Source of the DNA: Narcine bancroftii
Taxonomy: Eukaryota
Reading direction: 5' to 3'
DNA length: 64,000 bases
Assembly: GCF_036971445.1 (NCBI RefSeq)
Contig: NC_091470.1
Coordinates: forward strand, 109,988,001 to 110,052,000
Shown here: in pieces, positions 12,783 through 25,359 of the stretch
Numbering within the stretch: position 1 is the first letter of the stretch
Layout: each line of letters begins with the position of its first letter
Program-made: the position numbers and the translations under genes
The notes under the pieces: model-generated
Database searches by the model: none
What the model was told of the DNA's origin: nothing
What the model saw: only the letters and a program-made list of their open reading frames with translations

Positions 12783-13145
12783 CAGTGGTTCTCAACCTTT
12801 TTCTTTCCACTCACATACCACCTTAAGTAATCCCTATACCATAGGTGCTCTATGATTAGTAAGGGATTGCTTAAGGTGGAATGGGGGTGGAAAGGAAAAA
12901 AATTGAAAACCAGTTTTAATCATCCCTTATGTGAACAGTTTCATAACTCCAAAGGAAATGGGCCAATGACAGTTTTTCTCAAGCAAAATATTTCAGTAAC
13001 AATTGGGTCTAGAGCAGTGATTCTCAAACTTCCCTTCCCACTCACATCCCACCTTAAACAATCCCTTACTAATCACAGAGCACCGATGGCATAGGGATTA
13101 CTTAAAGTGGGATGTGAGTGGAAAGAAAAAGGTTGAGAACCACTG
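12783..13145. mobile_element. hAT (Charlie-like) MITE built from two palindromic modules
   Basis: TIR CAGTGGTTCTCAACCTTTTTCTTTCCACTCACAT with its reverse complement at the right end; 8-bp flanks TGTCAAAC/GGTCAAAT (6/8 match). Confidence 0.88.
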
Positions 13146-13709
13146 GGTCAAATGGTCTTCTGTTTCATAAGATTTAAGTAATTTATATAATTCCTAAAAA
13201 AAAATCTACAGTCAAGGGAATAAAGGCTATTCTCCACAAAATTCAAAGAATATACCAATCAGACACATATGTATGCTCAATTCTTCCCAATTTAATGCCA
13301 AAAAATGCTACGTTTAGTTTAATTATAACCACAGCTGCTGAGAAAATAATTGAAATAAATTTCCATTGAAATAATTATTCAGGAATCTTTCACCAAGCAT
13401 CAAACTTAATGTACCCAGAAACTATTTTGAACGTTTACAAGCAAGTGCTGTTCCACCCTGTTGTGGGTTTGTTGCTTCTCCCCAAGGCGTATCATTTAAT
13501 TGACTCTCCCAGGGGAAAAAAAAACACAAGACTTTAGGCCAAGTACTTGCCAGACAGCAAAGTACTTTGGAAATGCGGCCATGATTGCAATGTACAAAAT
13601 GTTGCAGTCGAGCTACACACAACAAACTCCCATTAATGGTGAATGTTAAGGGCCTGATGATCTAATTGAGGCATATAGATTGCGAAATGAATAATATTTT
13701 TCAATTTAA

Positions 13710-13912
13710 ATTTGGACATACAGGCCCTTTCGTCTCATAACTGTCCAATTAACCTATGACCCTGGTACGCTTTGGAGAGTGAGAGGAAATTGGAGCGCCC
13801 GGAGGAAACCCACGCAGACACGGGAAGAATGTACAAACTCCTTACAGTGCGGGATTCGAACCCCGGTCGTTGGTACTGTAATAACACTAACAGTTGTGCT
13901 AACCGGGCTCCC
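13710..13912 (-). mobile_element. V-SINE (HE1-like)
   Basis: Reverse complement of the B-box and V-domain. Confidence 0.8.
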
Positions 13913-14684
13913 CACTGCACCCCTTAATCACTGTGACGTTCTTTAAAATAACGCCATGGGCCTTTTTCATCTAACTGTTTATGTTTAATACAAAAGAAAA
14001 CATCCCAATTTGTGAATCAATTCTCCAATCTGCTGAACTCCATTGAGCATCGATTTGTGGCTCAACCATTGTCAGTTAGTCCTCATATCCCAAGAAAAGC
14101 TTACGAAGAAACGTTAGTTCTTGACAAAAACCTCGCTTGTTACAGCTGAAAGAAGGAGGAATGTCTTGAGCCACCAGAAACCTTTTTTTTAAACAGGGCA
14201 CATGTGGACAGACAGGGTCATCGGCAGTTCAAGGGTAGGGGCTCTTTCAGGCAGTATGTAACATGATTCCATCCTCCTATCCCTGGACCTTAGGTTGAAC
14301 CTTGAACTGGCTTAGACCAGAAATAACAATGAGTTTGTCTTGAAATTAAACTTCTCGTTTGAAGTACTACTCTAAAAGGATTGGTCTTTCTCTTCACTTT
14401 GGGCAGAGGTAGAAGGAAGTTTGATGTTAGCCAGAATACTATGAGTAAATAACTATGGAAGGGATACATGACTGAAAACTAAAAATAAAAAAATAATGGA
14501 AAACTTATTTTGTCAATAAATCTGAAAATTAACTGGTTAACACTTTTGTTGTGATTTCATTAGATGTGGTAAAATTAAGAGCTGTGAAGCTTGATGAAGA
14601 GATGCGATCCAGAATGTGAACCTGGTTTACGTATTCCAAAGCAGCACAGGATTTACCACATTTAAAATTGCCTAATTTCTTCAG

Positions 14685-15025
14685 TCTATAGATTATGGGA
14701 GGCATAGATGTGGACAACCAGCTGGTTTTTCCCAGGGTGGGAGTAGCAAATCCCAGAGGACAAAGTGAAGGGAGGGAAGTTTAGGAGAGACATCAGGAGT
14801 AAGTTTTTTACACAGGGAGCTGTGGGGGCCTGGAATGCATTGCTGGGCTGGTGGTGGAGGCTGAAACATTAGGGGCATTTAAGAGACTGGCATACAGGTA
14901 CATGGATGAAAGAAAAGTAGAGGGTTATGAGGTAGGGAGGGTTTAGTTTTTTTTTGGTCAGTATATATGGGTCGGCACAACATTGTGGGCCGAAGGGCCT
15001 GTACTGTGCTGTAATGTGCTATGTT
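14685..15025 (+). mobile_element. CR1 LINE 3' end
   Basis: CR1 C-terminal coding remnant and 3'UTR ending GGGCCGAAGGGCCTGTACTGTGCTGT. Confidence 0.8.
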
Positions 15026-15364
15026 AATATGGCATAGGATGCCATAGATGCTCTGTGGTTAGTAAAGGATTACTTAAGGTGGTATGTGAGTGGGGAAAAA
15101 AGTTTGAGAACCACTGTTCTACATTCTATGTTCTATTAAAAAAAACCCACCGTATCCATTCATTTGCTGTAATCCATAAAAGTACACAGTGCATTCTCTG
15201 GAAAAAGGTAAGAGCAGGCTTACAAGGTTACCAAAATTGCAAAAATTGTGGAAAAAGGTGTTCATACTTGCTGCCTGGTCAAAACTTCTTTGTGCCATTA
15301 ACCAATAGGAGAATTCTTGGAAAACCTCTTTATCCTGACAGCAATAGAAATGTAAAACCAACTG

Positions 15365-16160
15365 TCACACAAATTGACTGAAGAGAATAGCACAGATGTA
15401 TATGTCAAGGAACGAAATAATCAAAACAGGACTTATGCAGTAAACGGGAGGGCAATAAAGAATGCAGAAGAACAGAAAGATCTCAGAATAATGGTTCACT
15501 GTTTTTTGAAGGTGTAATCTCATGTGGATAGAATGGTGAAGAAGGCTTTTGGTATGCTGGCCTTTATAAATCAAAGCATAGAATATAAGAGTTGGGAAGT
15601 GATGTTGAGACTATTCAAGGCATTGGTGAGGTCAAATTTAGAATACTGTGTACAGTTATAGTCACCAAATTATAGAAAGGATATCAATAAGGAGGAGAGG
15701 TTGCCTGGATTTCAGAATCTAGATTACAAAGAAAGATTGAGTAGATTAGGTCTTTATTCATTGGAGCGTAGAAGGTTGAGGGGGGGTTTGATAGAGGTAT
15801 TTAAAATTATAAGAGGGATTAGGTAGAGTAGATGTGGATAGGTTCTTTGCCTTGAGGGTAGGTGAGATTCAAATAAAAGGTCACGAGTTAAGAGTTAGGG
15901 GACATAAGTTTAGAAGCAACATGAGGGGGAAACTTCTTCACTCAAGAGAGTGGTGGCTGAGTGGAATGACCTTCCGGGAGAGGTGGTCACAGCAAAGACA
16001 ATTTAGTCATTTAAGGAAAAGTTGGATAGGTGCATGTATGAGAGGGATTGGAGAGTTATGGGCAAAGTGCGGGTAGGTGGGACTAGAGGAGATCACTTAA
16101 ATCGGTACGGACCAGAGGGGCTGAGATGGCCTGTTTCCGTACTGTAATTGTTATATGGTT
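15365..16160 (+). mobile_element. CR1 LINE ORF2 3' part plus 3'UTR
   Basis: LVRSNLEYCVQL-like, LGLYSLERRRLRG and GHELRVRG motifs; tail TTATATGGTT. Confidence 0.88.
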
Positions 16161-16819
16161 ACATTAGGGGGAAATATGTTAATGGGCTTGGATGTTGAAG
16201 CATGGGAGGTGCGAAACATATGATTTGCTTTGAAATATGTTCCCTTTATTTATTATAGATTGCTTTCATATTAAATTGATTTTACAAACAATGAGAAGCT
16301 GGAGGGATTCAATACATCAGGCAGCATGCATGGAGAGAAATGAACAGTCAGCGTTTGGGGTTGGGACCCTTTCTCGAGGCAGGCTGCAGGATATCCCTGT
16401 TCCTTTTCAAAATCTGACTTTCTCACAGGAAATCTAGAGCACATTTAAAAAAAGTGATTTGCAAATTCCAAAGAACCCTTAATCTTTTGGGTTATCTTTT
16501 TTGCTGATAAAATTATTTAGGTGACTCATAAGAGATAGGTGTGATATTTTGGCCAAAGTCTGTGCCTTACTGAAGATCAGTGAAGCAGATTATTTGTTTG
16601 TTGTGGAGTGCATCGCATATAAATTAACGGAACATTTGACTGGAATTGTGTGGCAGATTATAATCTTATTTTTTTAAATAATCTTGACATAAAGTCAGTT
16701 CATTTTTCAGCATATTTCAGTTTTAATCATTTTCGATTTTTGGTGGTGTGGATTTGGACAGTCTATCAATGAACATATATCATTAAAAGCTTTAAATAAC
16801 TAAAAAATGAATAAAAATC

Positions 16820-17300
16820 AAGTTGATTGTCTGATTGCACAGGTACAACCCCACAAAACAGCATTTTCTGGTCCTCGGTGCAAAACACTAAGACACACAA
16901 CTAGACATAATACACATACAGACAAACAATACATATGCAGCACGAGTATTCATATGTATGAATAAATAAATATTGCTTCGTAAATATGAGAGCATAGGAT
17001 GGTTCGTGTGAGCAGTTCCTTTGGTCATTCAGCATTCACACCACCGGTGGGAAGAAGCTGTTCCTCAGCCTGGTGGTGCTGGCTCTAATACTCCTGTATC
17101 TCTTCCCCAAAAGATGCTGTGTGTGGGGAGGAAGGGGTCGTCAATAATTTTGTGCTCCCTCTTTAGTCAATCATCCTATTAGACCAGGTCCATGGCGGGG
17201 AGGGAGACTCCAGTGATCCTCTCTTCTGCTCTTATGGTCCTGTGGAATGACCTCGATCCATTTTTCTACAGCCATCATACTGCACTCTGATGCAGCAGGC
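16820..17300 (-). mobile_element. Rex1/Babar LINE 3' end (long-UTR subfamily)
   Basis: GAAGAAGCTGTTCCTCAGCCTGGTGGTGCTGGCTCT block shared with 38630-39130, 56255-56535 and 58040-58130. Confidence 0.75.
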
Positions 17301-17449
17301 CAGAAGATGACAGGCCACATGATTCTTATGTGGTTTAAATCATTGCATTTATCAAAAGCTTAATATTAAAATTACGAAAACAAAATATAAAATGCAACAG
17401 CCCCTTTTGGGCTTGGTCCATTGGGGGGGGGGGGGATGGGGGGGGGAGA

Positions 17450-17730
17450 GACCAGAACTAGGGGACATAGCCTCAAGATTTAGGGTAGTGGATTTAGGAC
17501 AGAGATGGGGAGGAACTGCTTTTCCTAGAGGATGGTGAATTTATGGTATATTGAAGCAGTGAAGGCGACCTCAGTAAATATATTTAAGATAAGGTTGGAT
17601 ATATTTTTACATAGTGGGGGAATTAAGGGATATGGGGAAAATGCAGGAAGGTGGAGATGAGCCGTGATCACATTGAATGGCGGAGCAGGTTTGATGGCTG
17701 ACTCCTGCTTCTATTTCTGATGTTCTTATG
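17450..17730 (+). mobile_element. CR1 LINE 3' end
   Basis: TRTRGHSLKI coding remnant and 3'UTR ending CTCCTGCTTCTATTTCTGATGTTCTTATG. Confidence 0.8.
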
Positions 17731-18097
17731 AACTATTTAAAAGTTTTGTCTGATGGTCAATTAATTAATGTATCCTTTTTTAATTACAAAAAGTTACTTT
17801 TGTTACTCTGCGATTGTGAATTGGCAACATACATAGTTATAAATTAATATAATTTATTCTGCCAAACCATACCACAAACTCTTAATCACTGACCCAAGTG
17901 CGCAAATGTCATGCTTTTACTCACTTTGAAGCATTTTCTCAACTTTTCGGAGATAATGCTACTTGGAACTTTATATTCACCAAAGAGGCCCCAGAAGTGA
18001 CTCCTGGTGTTGCCCTGCGGCAAAGCCACGTGAAGAACCTCTCATTAACATTTCTAATTTGTGACACAATGCTGTGGGAGTTTGCTGAATATGAACC

Positions 18098-18790
18098 AAG
18101 TAAAAACACAAATAAATGCTGGAGGAACTCAGCTGGTCTCGCAGCGTCCATAGGAGGTAAAGATATATCACCTTCGGGCCAGATCTCTCCTTCAAGATAT
18201 AAGCAAAGACCAGGAAGGCATCAGAATAAAGACTGAGGAGGAGTACAGTCCAACAAAAGAGATGAATGGACGAGGGAGTCGCGGAGGGAGCGGTCCCTAC
18301 AAAAGACAGAGAGGGAAGAAGAGGGGAAGATGTTTTTGGTCATGGGATCATGTTGAATGTGGCAGAAATTACGGAGGATAATGTGTTGGATGCAGAAGCT
18401 GGTTGGGTGGTAGGTAAGGGGAATCATGCTTTGTTTTGTCTGTAGGCAGATGGGGCCGGGGGAGATGAGCTGAAAATGAGTATGATAAGGTGAGAACTGA
18501 TTTTGGCTCAGTGAAAGGAGACAGAGGGAAAAAAAGAAGAGAGAGAGAGAGAGAGAGAGAGAGGGCCAGTGGAAAGCTTACAGGAGGAAGAAAAAGGGGC
18601 CAGTTTACGGAAACTGGAGGTCGATGTTAATGCCATCCATTTGGAGGGTTCCCAGTCAGAAGATGAGGTGCGATTCTTCCACTTTGCGGGTGGTCTCAGC
18701 CTGGCAGTGAATGAGGCCAGAGAATGAGAAGGGAATGGGACAGTGGAATTGAAATGGGTGGCCACTGAAAGATCCACACTATGGCTCAAT
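18098..18790 (-). mobile_element. Penelope-like element 3' part and pseudo-LTR
   Basis: Minus strand has a GIY-YIG C-terminal remnant (VATHFNS...), a pyrimidine-rich tract and the GCTGAGTTCCTCCAGCA terminus. Confidence 0.75.
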
Positions 18791-19204
18791 AAGGACCAGC
18801 TGTCATCCAACTTCTCAGTATTTCAATCATATGTCGATGTTAAAGGGGCATCCACTCTTTTGGTGATAAAGAAATTGCCAGGCATTTAAAGATAAAGAGG
18901 GAACAGGTCCTGATATTCTTGTCAATGATATCAGAGACCCCTAAAATGGCAATGTGCTTCAATGTTAATTTAGCTTATTGGACAGAACCACAGAACATTA
19001 CAGCACAGAAAATAAGCCCTTCGACTTTTCTAGTCTACGGCAAGCTATTATTTATAGAACATAGAACTCTACAGCACGGTACAGGCTCCTTGACCCTCGA
19101 TGTTGAGCCGACCCATATATTCCTTAAAAATTTGGCTTAGTTTCTCTGATTGGCTCCCAGTCCGTATCCCTCCATACCCCTCCCACCCATGTACCTGTCC
19201 CAAC

Positions 19205-19430
19205 GGCAAGCGCAATGCCATTACAGCGCCAATGATTTGGGTTCGAAACTGGCGCCGTCTGTAAGAAGTTTGCGTGTTCTCCCTGTGTCTGCATGAGTTT
19301 TCTCTGGGGGCTCCAGTTTCCTCCTACCCTTCAAAATGTACGAGGGAGAGTTTAATTGGGGTATTTTGGCGGCATGGACTAGTGGGCTGGAAGGGCCTGT
19401 TAACGTGCCATATGCCTGAATTAAATCTTA
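19205..19430 (+). mobile_element. V-SINE (HE1-like)
   Basis: B-box, V-domain and tail. Confidence 0.8.
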
Positions 19431-20153
19431 AAATTCACCACTTCAGCTGGCGTGAACAAATTTTAAAAAAGCACAAAATCATTCTGTGTGATAACCCATC
19501 TTCAGGTTTAAAATCCCTAATGATGATGTCTCAGAGAGAGGAATTTCAGACAAGTGTATGAATTAATTCACGAACAACATTTAAAAAAAAAGCAATGTCA
19601 ATCCTTAAAAAGGGCAGGTCGTTTTTTTCCCCCTCCGCCTCCCTCAGGAATGTCGTCTCCGTTGAAAAACATTGGGTTAATTGCTGCTTGCTCACTTATT
19701 GCATACCCTTCGAGGTCATGGCGTAATCTAATTTGGTTTGAATGAAATGCTTTCCACATTACTGCACATGGGAAAGGCTGCTCCACCTATTTGCGTTTCG
19801 GGAGCAAATTGTTTTGCTAGCCCAGTCAATTACGGGTCATGGGACTATTTTTCGCATTCTCACATCACCTTAGTTTAAGATAATGTTATGATAGAGCCAG
19901 TTCTTCTGGAGTTCATAGTTCACTGCTGTCAGGACCCGCTTTGTGTAGCAATTTGAACTGTACTGGCTGCACACTCTTGTTTTCTATTTGTCTCACTTCA
20001 CAAAATATTTTCCAGTTGAGTACCGTGCGTAGGAAATTTAGATAGAAACAGAAGGTGCATTGAAATACATGTCAGATTAGTGTGAACAGGAAAGGATTAT
20101 TTCTGTTTCAGGCATCAAGCCTTCAATCGCATCGGAAAGCCTTTTCTCTTTCA

Positions 20154-20365
20154 GGGCGGCACAATTGGGCATAGCGGTTAGCGCAATGCCCTTACAGCGC
20201 CAGCAATCGAGGACCGGCCACGCTGTGGGAGTTTGTACCTTCTCCCCGTGTCTGCCTCTCTCCCTTTGAAACATACCAGAGGTAATAGGTCAATCAGGTA
20301 TAATTTGGTGGCACAGACTTGTGGGCCGAAAGGGTCTGTTACCCTGTTGTATGGGTCAATTTTTA
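20154..20365 (+). mobile_element. V-SINE (HE1-like), internally deleted
   Basis: GGGCGGCAC head, A-box and tail. Confidence 0.75.
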
Positions 20366-21429
20366 AAAAAAAATTAAAATTTTATGCAGATCAACCTCTG
20401 CATTTGGAATATTTTTTGATTTTTGTTTCAGGCAATCAGTTATTCCAATTTTTATTTTAACCACCATAAAGCCAGGGATGATGTGGGAAATGTAAAAAAG
20501 TGAACTCTCCGATTAATGTGGAGAAAAACATCATAACTGATGATCATAGCTCTACAAATTTCTGAGGAGACCCCACTTGGAATTTTGTGCTCACTTCTGG
20601 CCACGTCTTTGCCGGAAGGATGGTGAACCTTTGCCTTATGATAGACTAAAGGAAATTTTATGTAATATCACATTTTCTATTTTATTACATGACAATAAAA
20701 TAATCTTAAGAGTGGAGTAAGTCCTTCAGTGTAGCAAGTCTGTGCTAACCATTGAATGCCTATTTACCCTAAACCTACACTAATTCAATTTTATTCTCCC
20801 CACAATTCCGAGATCGTGCCACACACCAAATCACTGGAGATAATATACAGCAGCCATTAGCTGACCGAGCAGCACACCTTTGTGATATGAGAGGAAACCA
20901 GAACACCCTAAGGAAACCTGCGCTGTCATAGACAGAATGTGAAAATTCCACATCGGTAGCCCCTGGAGATTAGATTTAAATCCAGTGCAGAGCTAGTATG
21001 ACACCCTATAGTAGCCTTTTAGTGTTCATTAATTATTTAAAATATGTTCATGCTCCTGTTGCAATAGAGATTTCACGCAATTAAAATAATAATCATACAT
21101 CCAAATCTTCCTTAACTAATCTTTGGTTTCAAATTTATTGTTGTTTAAAAGCTGAATATCCGCTTTCTTGAACTCGGGTTACATCCGAAAAACTTTATGT
21201 CGATGATACCATAACAGAGTTTAATGTGGTTCCTCGGGTAATCAAACAAGGCTACTTCATCAGAAATGACCCCAAGAGATAATTATCAACCATCGCAGTC
21301 TGGAAGATATCATAAACCTCTCTCTGCCCTTCACCTCATTAGTGTCCGTAAATTTGAAAGATAATGCTTTATTACATCTAGAAAGGTCTCTCGAATAGTG
21401 TTGTAATGTGGTGAGAAGAAGTGAAAACT

Positions 21430-23135
21430 ATTGGAGAGGATTCCAAAGGACAGGATTCATGAGCATTTGGAGAAGTACAGTGTACTCATGGCTTTGTGAA
21501 GGGAAGGTCATGCCTCACGAGGCTACTTGAGATTTTTGAGGGGACAGCAAGATATATTGATGAGGGTAGAGTGGTAGATATTGTCTATATGGATTTTAGA
21601 AAGGCATTTGACAAGGTACTCATTCAGTGAGTCATGAGGCATGGAATCAATGAAACCTTGGCTGTGTGGATTAAAAATCGGCTTGCATGTAGAAAGCAGA
21701 GAGCAATTATGGGCAGGAAGTGTTGTGACTGGAGGTCAGTGGCTAGTGGAGTTCGCAGGGATCTGTTCTGGGACCTCTGCACTTTGTAATTTTTGTAAAT
21801 CACCCGGATGAAGAAGCGGGAGGATGGGTCAGCAAGTTTGCGAATGATGCGAAGGTTAGAGGAGTTGTGGATGGTGTCGAGGCTTGTCATAGGTTACAAA
21901 AGGATGTAGACGTGATGCAGAGTTGGGTGGAAAAGTAGCAGACATGTTTCAATCTAGATGAATGTGAGGTAAGGCATTTTGGAAGGTCAAACCAGAAGGC
22001 TGAGTGTAGGGTCAATGGTCGGATACTTAACAGGGTGCAGGAACAGAGGGACAGAGAACACTATAGCACTGTAGTAAAAACACAAAATGCCGGAGAAGCT
22101 CAGCAGGTCAAACAGGGCCCTAAAAGCATTATTTACTTCGACTACTACATGCAGATTTTTTTGATTTATTTTTGACTACCTCCTATCGACCTCATCCACA
22201 GGACCCCACCACCACACTTCAAGCCACTGTCTCCAAAACCATCTCCAACCACATCACCTCTGGTCAGTGTCTGCAAATTTTTGTGATTTATTTCTGACTA
22301 TTAGTACAGCACAGGCCATTTGGCCCTTGATGTTGTGCCAACCTTGGGGTCCAAATCCATACATCTCTCAAGGTTGCCAGGCAAGTTGATATGATAGTTA
22401 AGAAAGCTTATAGGACGCTGGGCCAGGAGTGGTGTTGGTGGGGGGGGGGGGACTGGGGGTGGTCTGAAACATTAGGGGCATTTAAGAGACTCTTAGACAG
22501 GCATATGGGCAAAATAAAAAAATTGAGGATTACAAGGTAGGAAGGGTTTAGTATTTTCTTTCATAGGCATATATGATGCTGGGACTCATTAATAGGGGGA
22601 TTAAGTTCAAGAGTAGAGAGGTCTACAAATCTCGGGTGAGGCCACACTAAAAGTATTGTGTTCTATTCTGGTCACCTCATGACGGGAAGGATGTGGAAGC
22701 TGTGGAGAAGGTGCAGAGGAGATTTACCAGGATGTTGTCTGGATTGAGGCAAGGTTAGCAGAGCTCAGACTTTTCTCTTGGAGTGAAGAAAGATGAGAGG
22801 GGACTTAATAGAGGTCTACAAGATTCTGAGAGGCATAGATAAGATCGACAGCCCAGCACAATTTTCGCACAGCAGGAATAGGAGGGGACATCTCTACAAA
22901 GTGAAGGAAGGGAAGTTTAGGTATTTACACAGAGAGTTGTGGGTTCCTGAATGCCTTGGTGGTGGAGGCTAAAACATTAGGGGTGTTTAAGAGACTCATA
23001 GACAGGTATATGGATGAAAAAAAAAGGGTTATGACGTAGGAAGGATTTTGTTTTTTTTTGTAGGATTATATAGGTCAGTACACATTGAAGGCTGAAGGGC
23101 CTGTACTGTGCTGTAATGATCTACATTCTATATTC
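21430..23135 (+). mobile_element. CR1 LINE RT region to 3'UTR, decayed and interrupted by nested fragments at ~22055-22340 and ~22425-22575
   Basis: HGFVKGRSCLT, YMDFRKAFDKV, SGV.QGSVLGP, KFANDAK and EKVQRRFTRML motifs with frameshifts; CR1 tail at ~23090-23135. Confidence 0.9.
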
Positions 23136-24749
23136 TGAGATATTTACTGTTCTTTCATAGTTGCTGTGATGACAATGAGATTGTCATTGCAAGGGAGCGA
23201 GAATTGGAGTCACATTGGTCTAATTTGACTCCAATTGCAGTGACAGGTGCACATATGGAACTAGAAGGGAAGACTTTTTGTGAACATTTAAATAGTTTCA
23301 GGCCAATCTAGAAGTGATCACATTATTGGATTTATTTTTATAATTTGCTATGGTGGAAATTGAACAGCTTTAATGACCAACTCGTCCACAAAACCCTTTG
23401 TGAGATGGAATTTTTGAGCAGTATTATTCACAAAATGTTTCAGCAATTTGCATCGTTTTAATTGCAAACAATACACAGATATTGCACTGAGTAAGTTTTT
23501 TTAACTGGGAATTGAGATGGTTTTCTATAGCTCATTTTCAGGAAAGCCTAAGCTAACTGTTCAGCAATATCACATTAAGGAAATCTAATACTGTATCATA
23601 TTGAAATCTGGAATTTCATATTTCTTTGAAGAATTAATTGTCCATTTCTATATTTAAGCCATTCATTATTAAGAACGGGTCTGTTTTCCTTTCTGGATAA
23701 CAATTCTCAATTTAAAAAACAAATGAGATAATGAAAACAAAAATTGTGTGATATGAAACGACACACTATGTTTTCATCTGGAAAACAAAATCCATACATC
23801 TCTCAAGGTTGCCAGGCAAGTTGATATGATAGTTAAGAAAGCTTATAGGACGCTGGGCCAGGAGTGGTGTTGGGGGGGGGGGGGGCTGGGGGTGGTCTGA
23901 AACATTAGGGGCATTTAAGAGAATCTGTAAGACAAAACCTGTGAGGCAATTCAAAGTAACTCAGAACACAGGCTATTTTTTAATATCAGTTGGACCTGGG
24001 AGTTTAACGTTGTTTAATCCTCCAACAATTCCGCTATTGAAACTGCACCGTTTGTCTGTTATTTCACGCCATTTTGTTTCATTCTGTTCTCACTGATGGA
24101 GGTTTGCCAAGAAAACCCGATTGATTAGTGTTATCGATTACCCATCCACAAATAGAATTTTTAAACATATGGAAACTCGTTACATCAGTTTTCACAGAGT
24201 CCATGATTGCAAAATTGTGGGTGTGTCGACAATGTATTTTTTTCTCTTGAATGCTTCCCCTTCAGAACTCACGACAAACAGAAATCCAGAGGAAAGCTCA
24301 CAAACTTATTTATATAACTGCACAGACACTAGTAGAATTCTCTCACACAATCCAATCAAAAGATGCTGGAAATAGTCCACATCTGTGGGGAGAAAAATAC
24401 TGCGTTGACCTTTCAGATTGAAGTGAAACACGAAAATCTGTAGACTGTAGGGCTGTTGGCCTCAGTCTCGAAATGTCGCTGATATATCTTTATCTCCTAT
24501 GGAGGCTGCCAGACCAGTTGTCTGTTTTAGACGGCATTTCAGGTTAATTGCCTTTCATCCCAACTAGAAAAGCTTGAAATGCAACAAGCATTGGATTATA
24601 GGAAAAGAGAAGAGGTGGGATGGACATGAAGAACAGGAGGGAACGTCTGATAGAGGGGATGTCTAGATGCAATTGATAGGTACAGTAAATCAATCCTGTG
24701 GATGAACAAGTGAAGCGTTGCTTCATCTTGGTGGGATAATACATGAGGC

Positions 24750-25330
24750 TATATCCACAGGACTGATTTACTGCATCCAGTACTTCCTTTGTGGCCTTCT
24801 CTACATCAGAGAGACTGGTCGCAGATTGGGAGATCGCTTTGCTGAGCACCTCACCAGTGACAGAGATGTCCCAGTCACCAGCCATTTCAGCTTTGTGTCA
24901 CACTCCCATACTCACATGTATTATCCCACCAAGGCCCTCTGTAAATTGGAGTAACATCTGATTTTCTGTTTGGGTATTCTTCAGCCAGATGGGGTTAACA
25001 TCGACTTTTCTGGTTTCTGCTAACCTGCTCTCCTTTCCCCTCCTTCCTCTTCCCTCTCTATTCACCTAGCCATCCCTCCTTCCCTTGCTCACTCCTGTGC
25101 CCTCCCTCCCTTCTACACTTATCACCTCCTGCCTTTGCAATCGCGCCTCCCCATTACCATTTTATTCAGATGCCTGCCGACACTTTTCCAAACCTTGATA
25201 AAGGGCTCAAGCCCAAAACATTGATTATGTAGTTTTGTCTTTGCAACATAAAGTACCCTGTTTGACCTGCTAAGTATCTCAGCATCATGTTTTTACTTCA
25301 ACCATGGTATCTGCAGACTTTCATGCTTTA
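24750..25330 (+). mobile_element. Penelope-like element: GIY-YIG endonuclease fragment plus pseudo-LTR
   Basis: ORF 24718-24954 STGLIYCIQYFLCGLLYIRETGRRLGDRFAEHL...PVTSHF, followed by a hammerhead-like terminus at ~25191-25240. Confidence 0.88.
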
Positions 25331-25359
25331 TGTCAGGAGATACATGAATGGGAGGAGTT

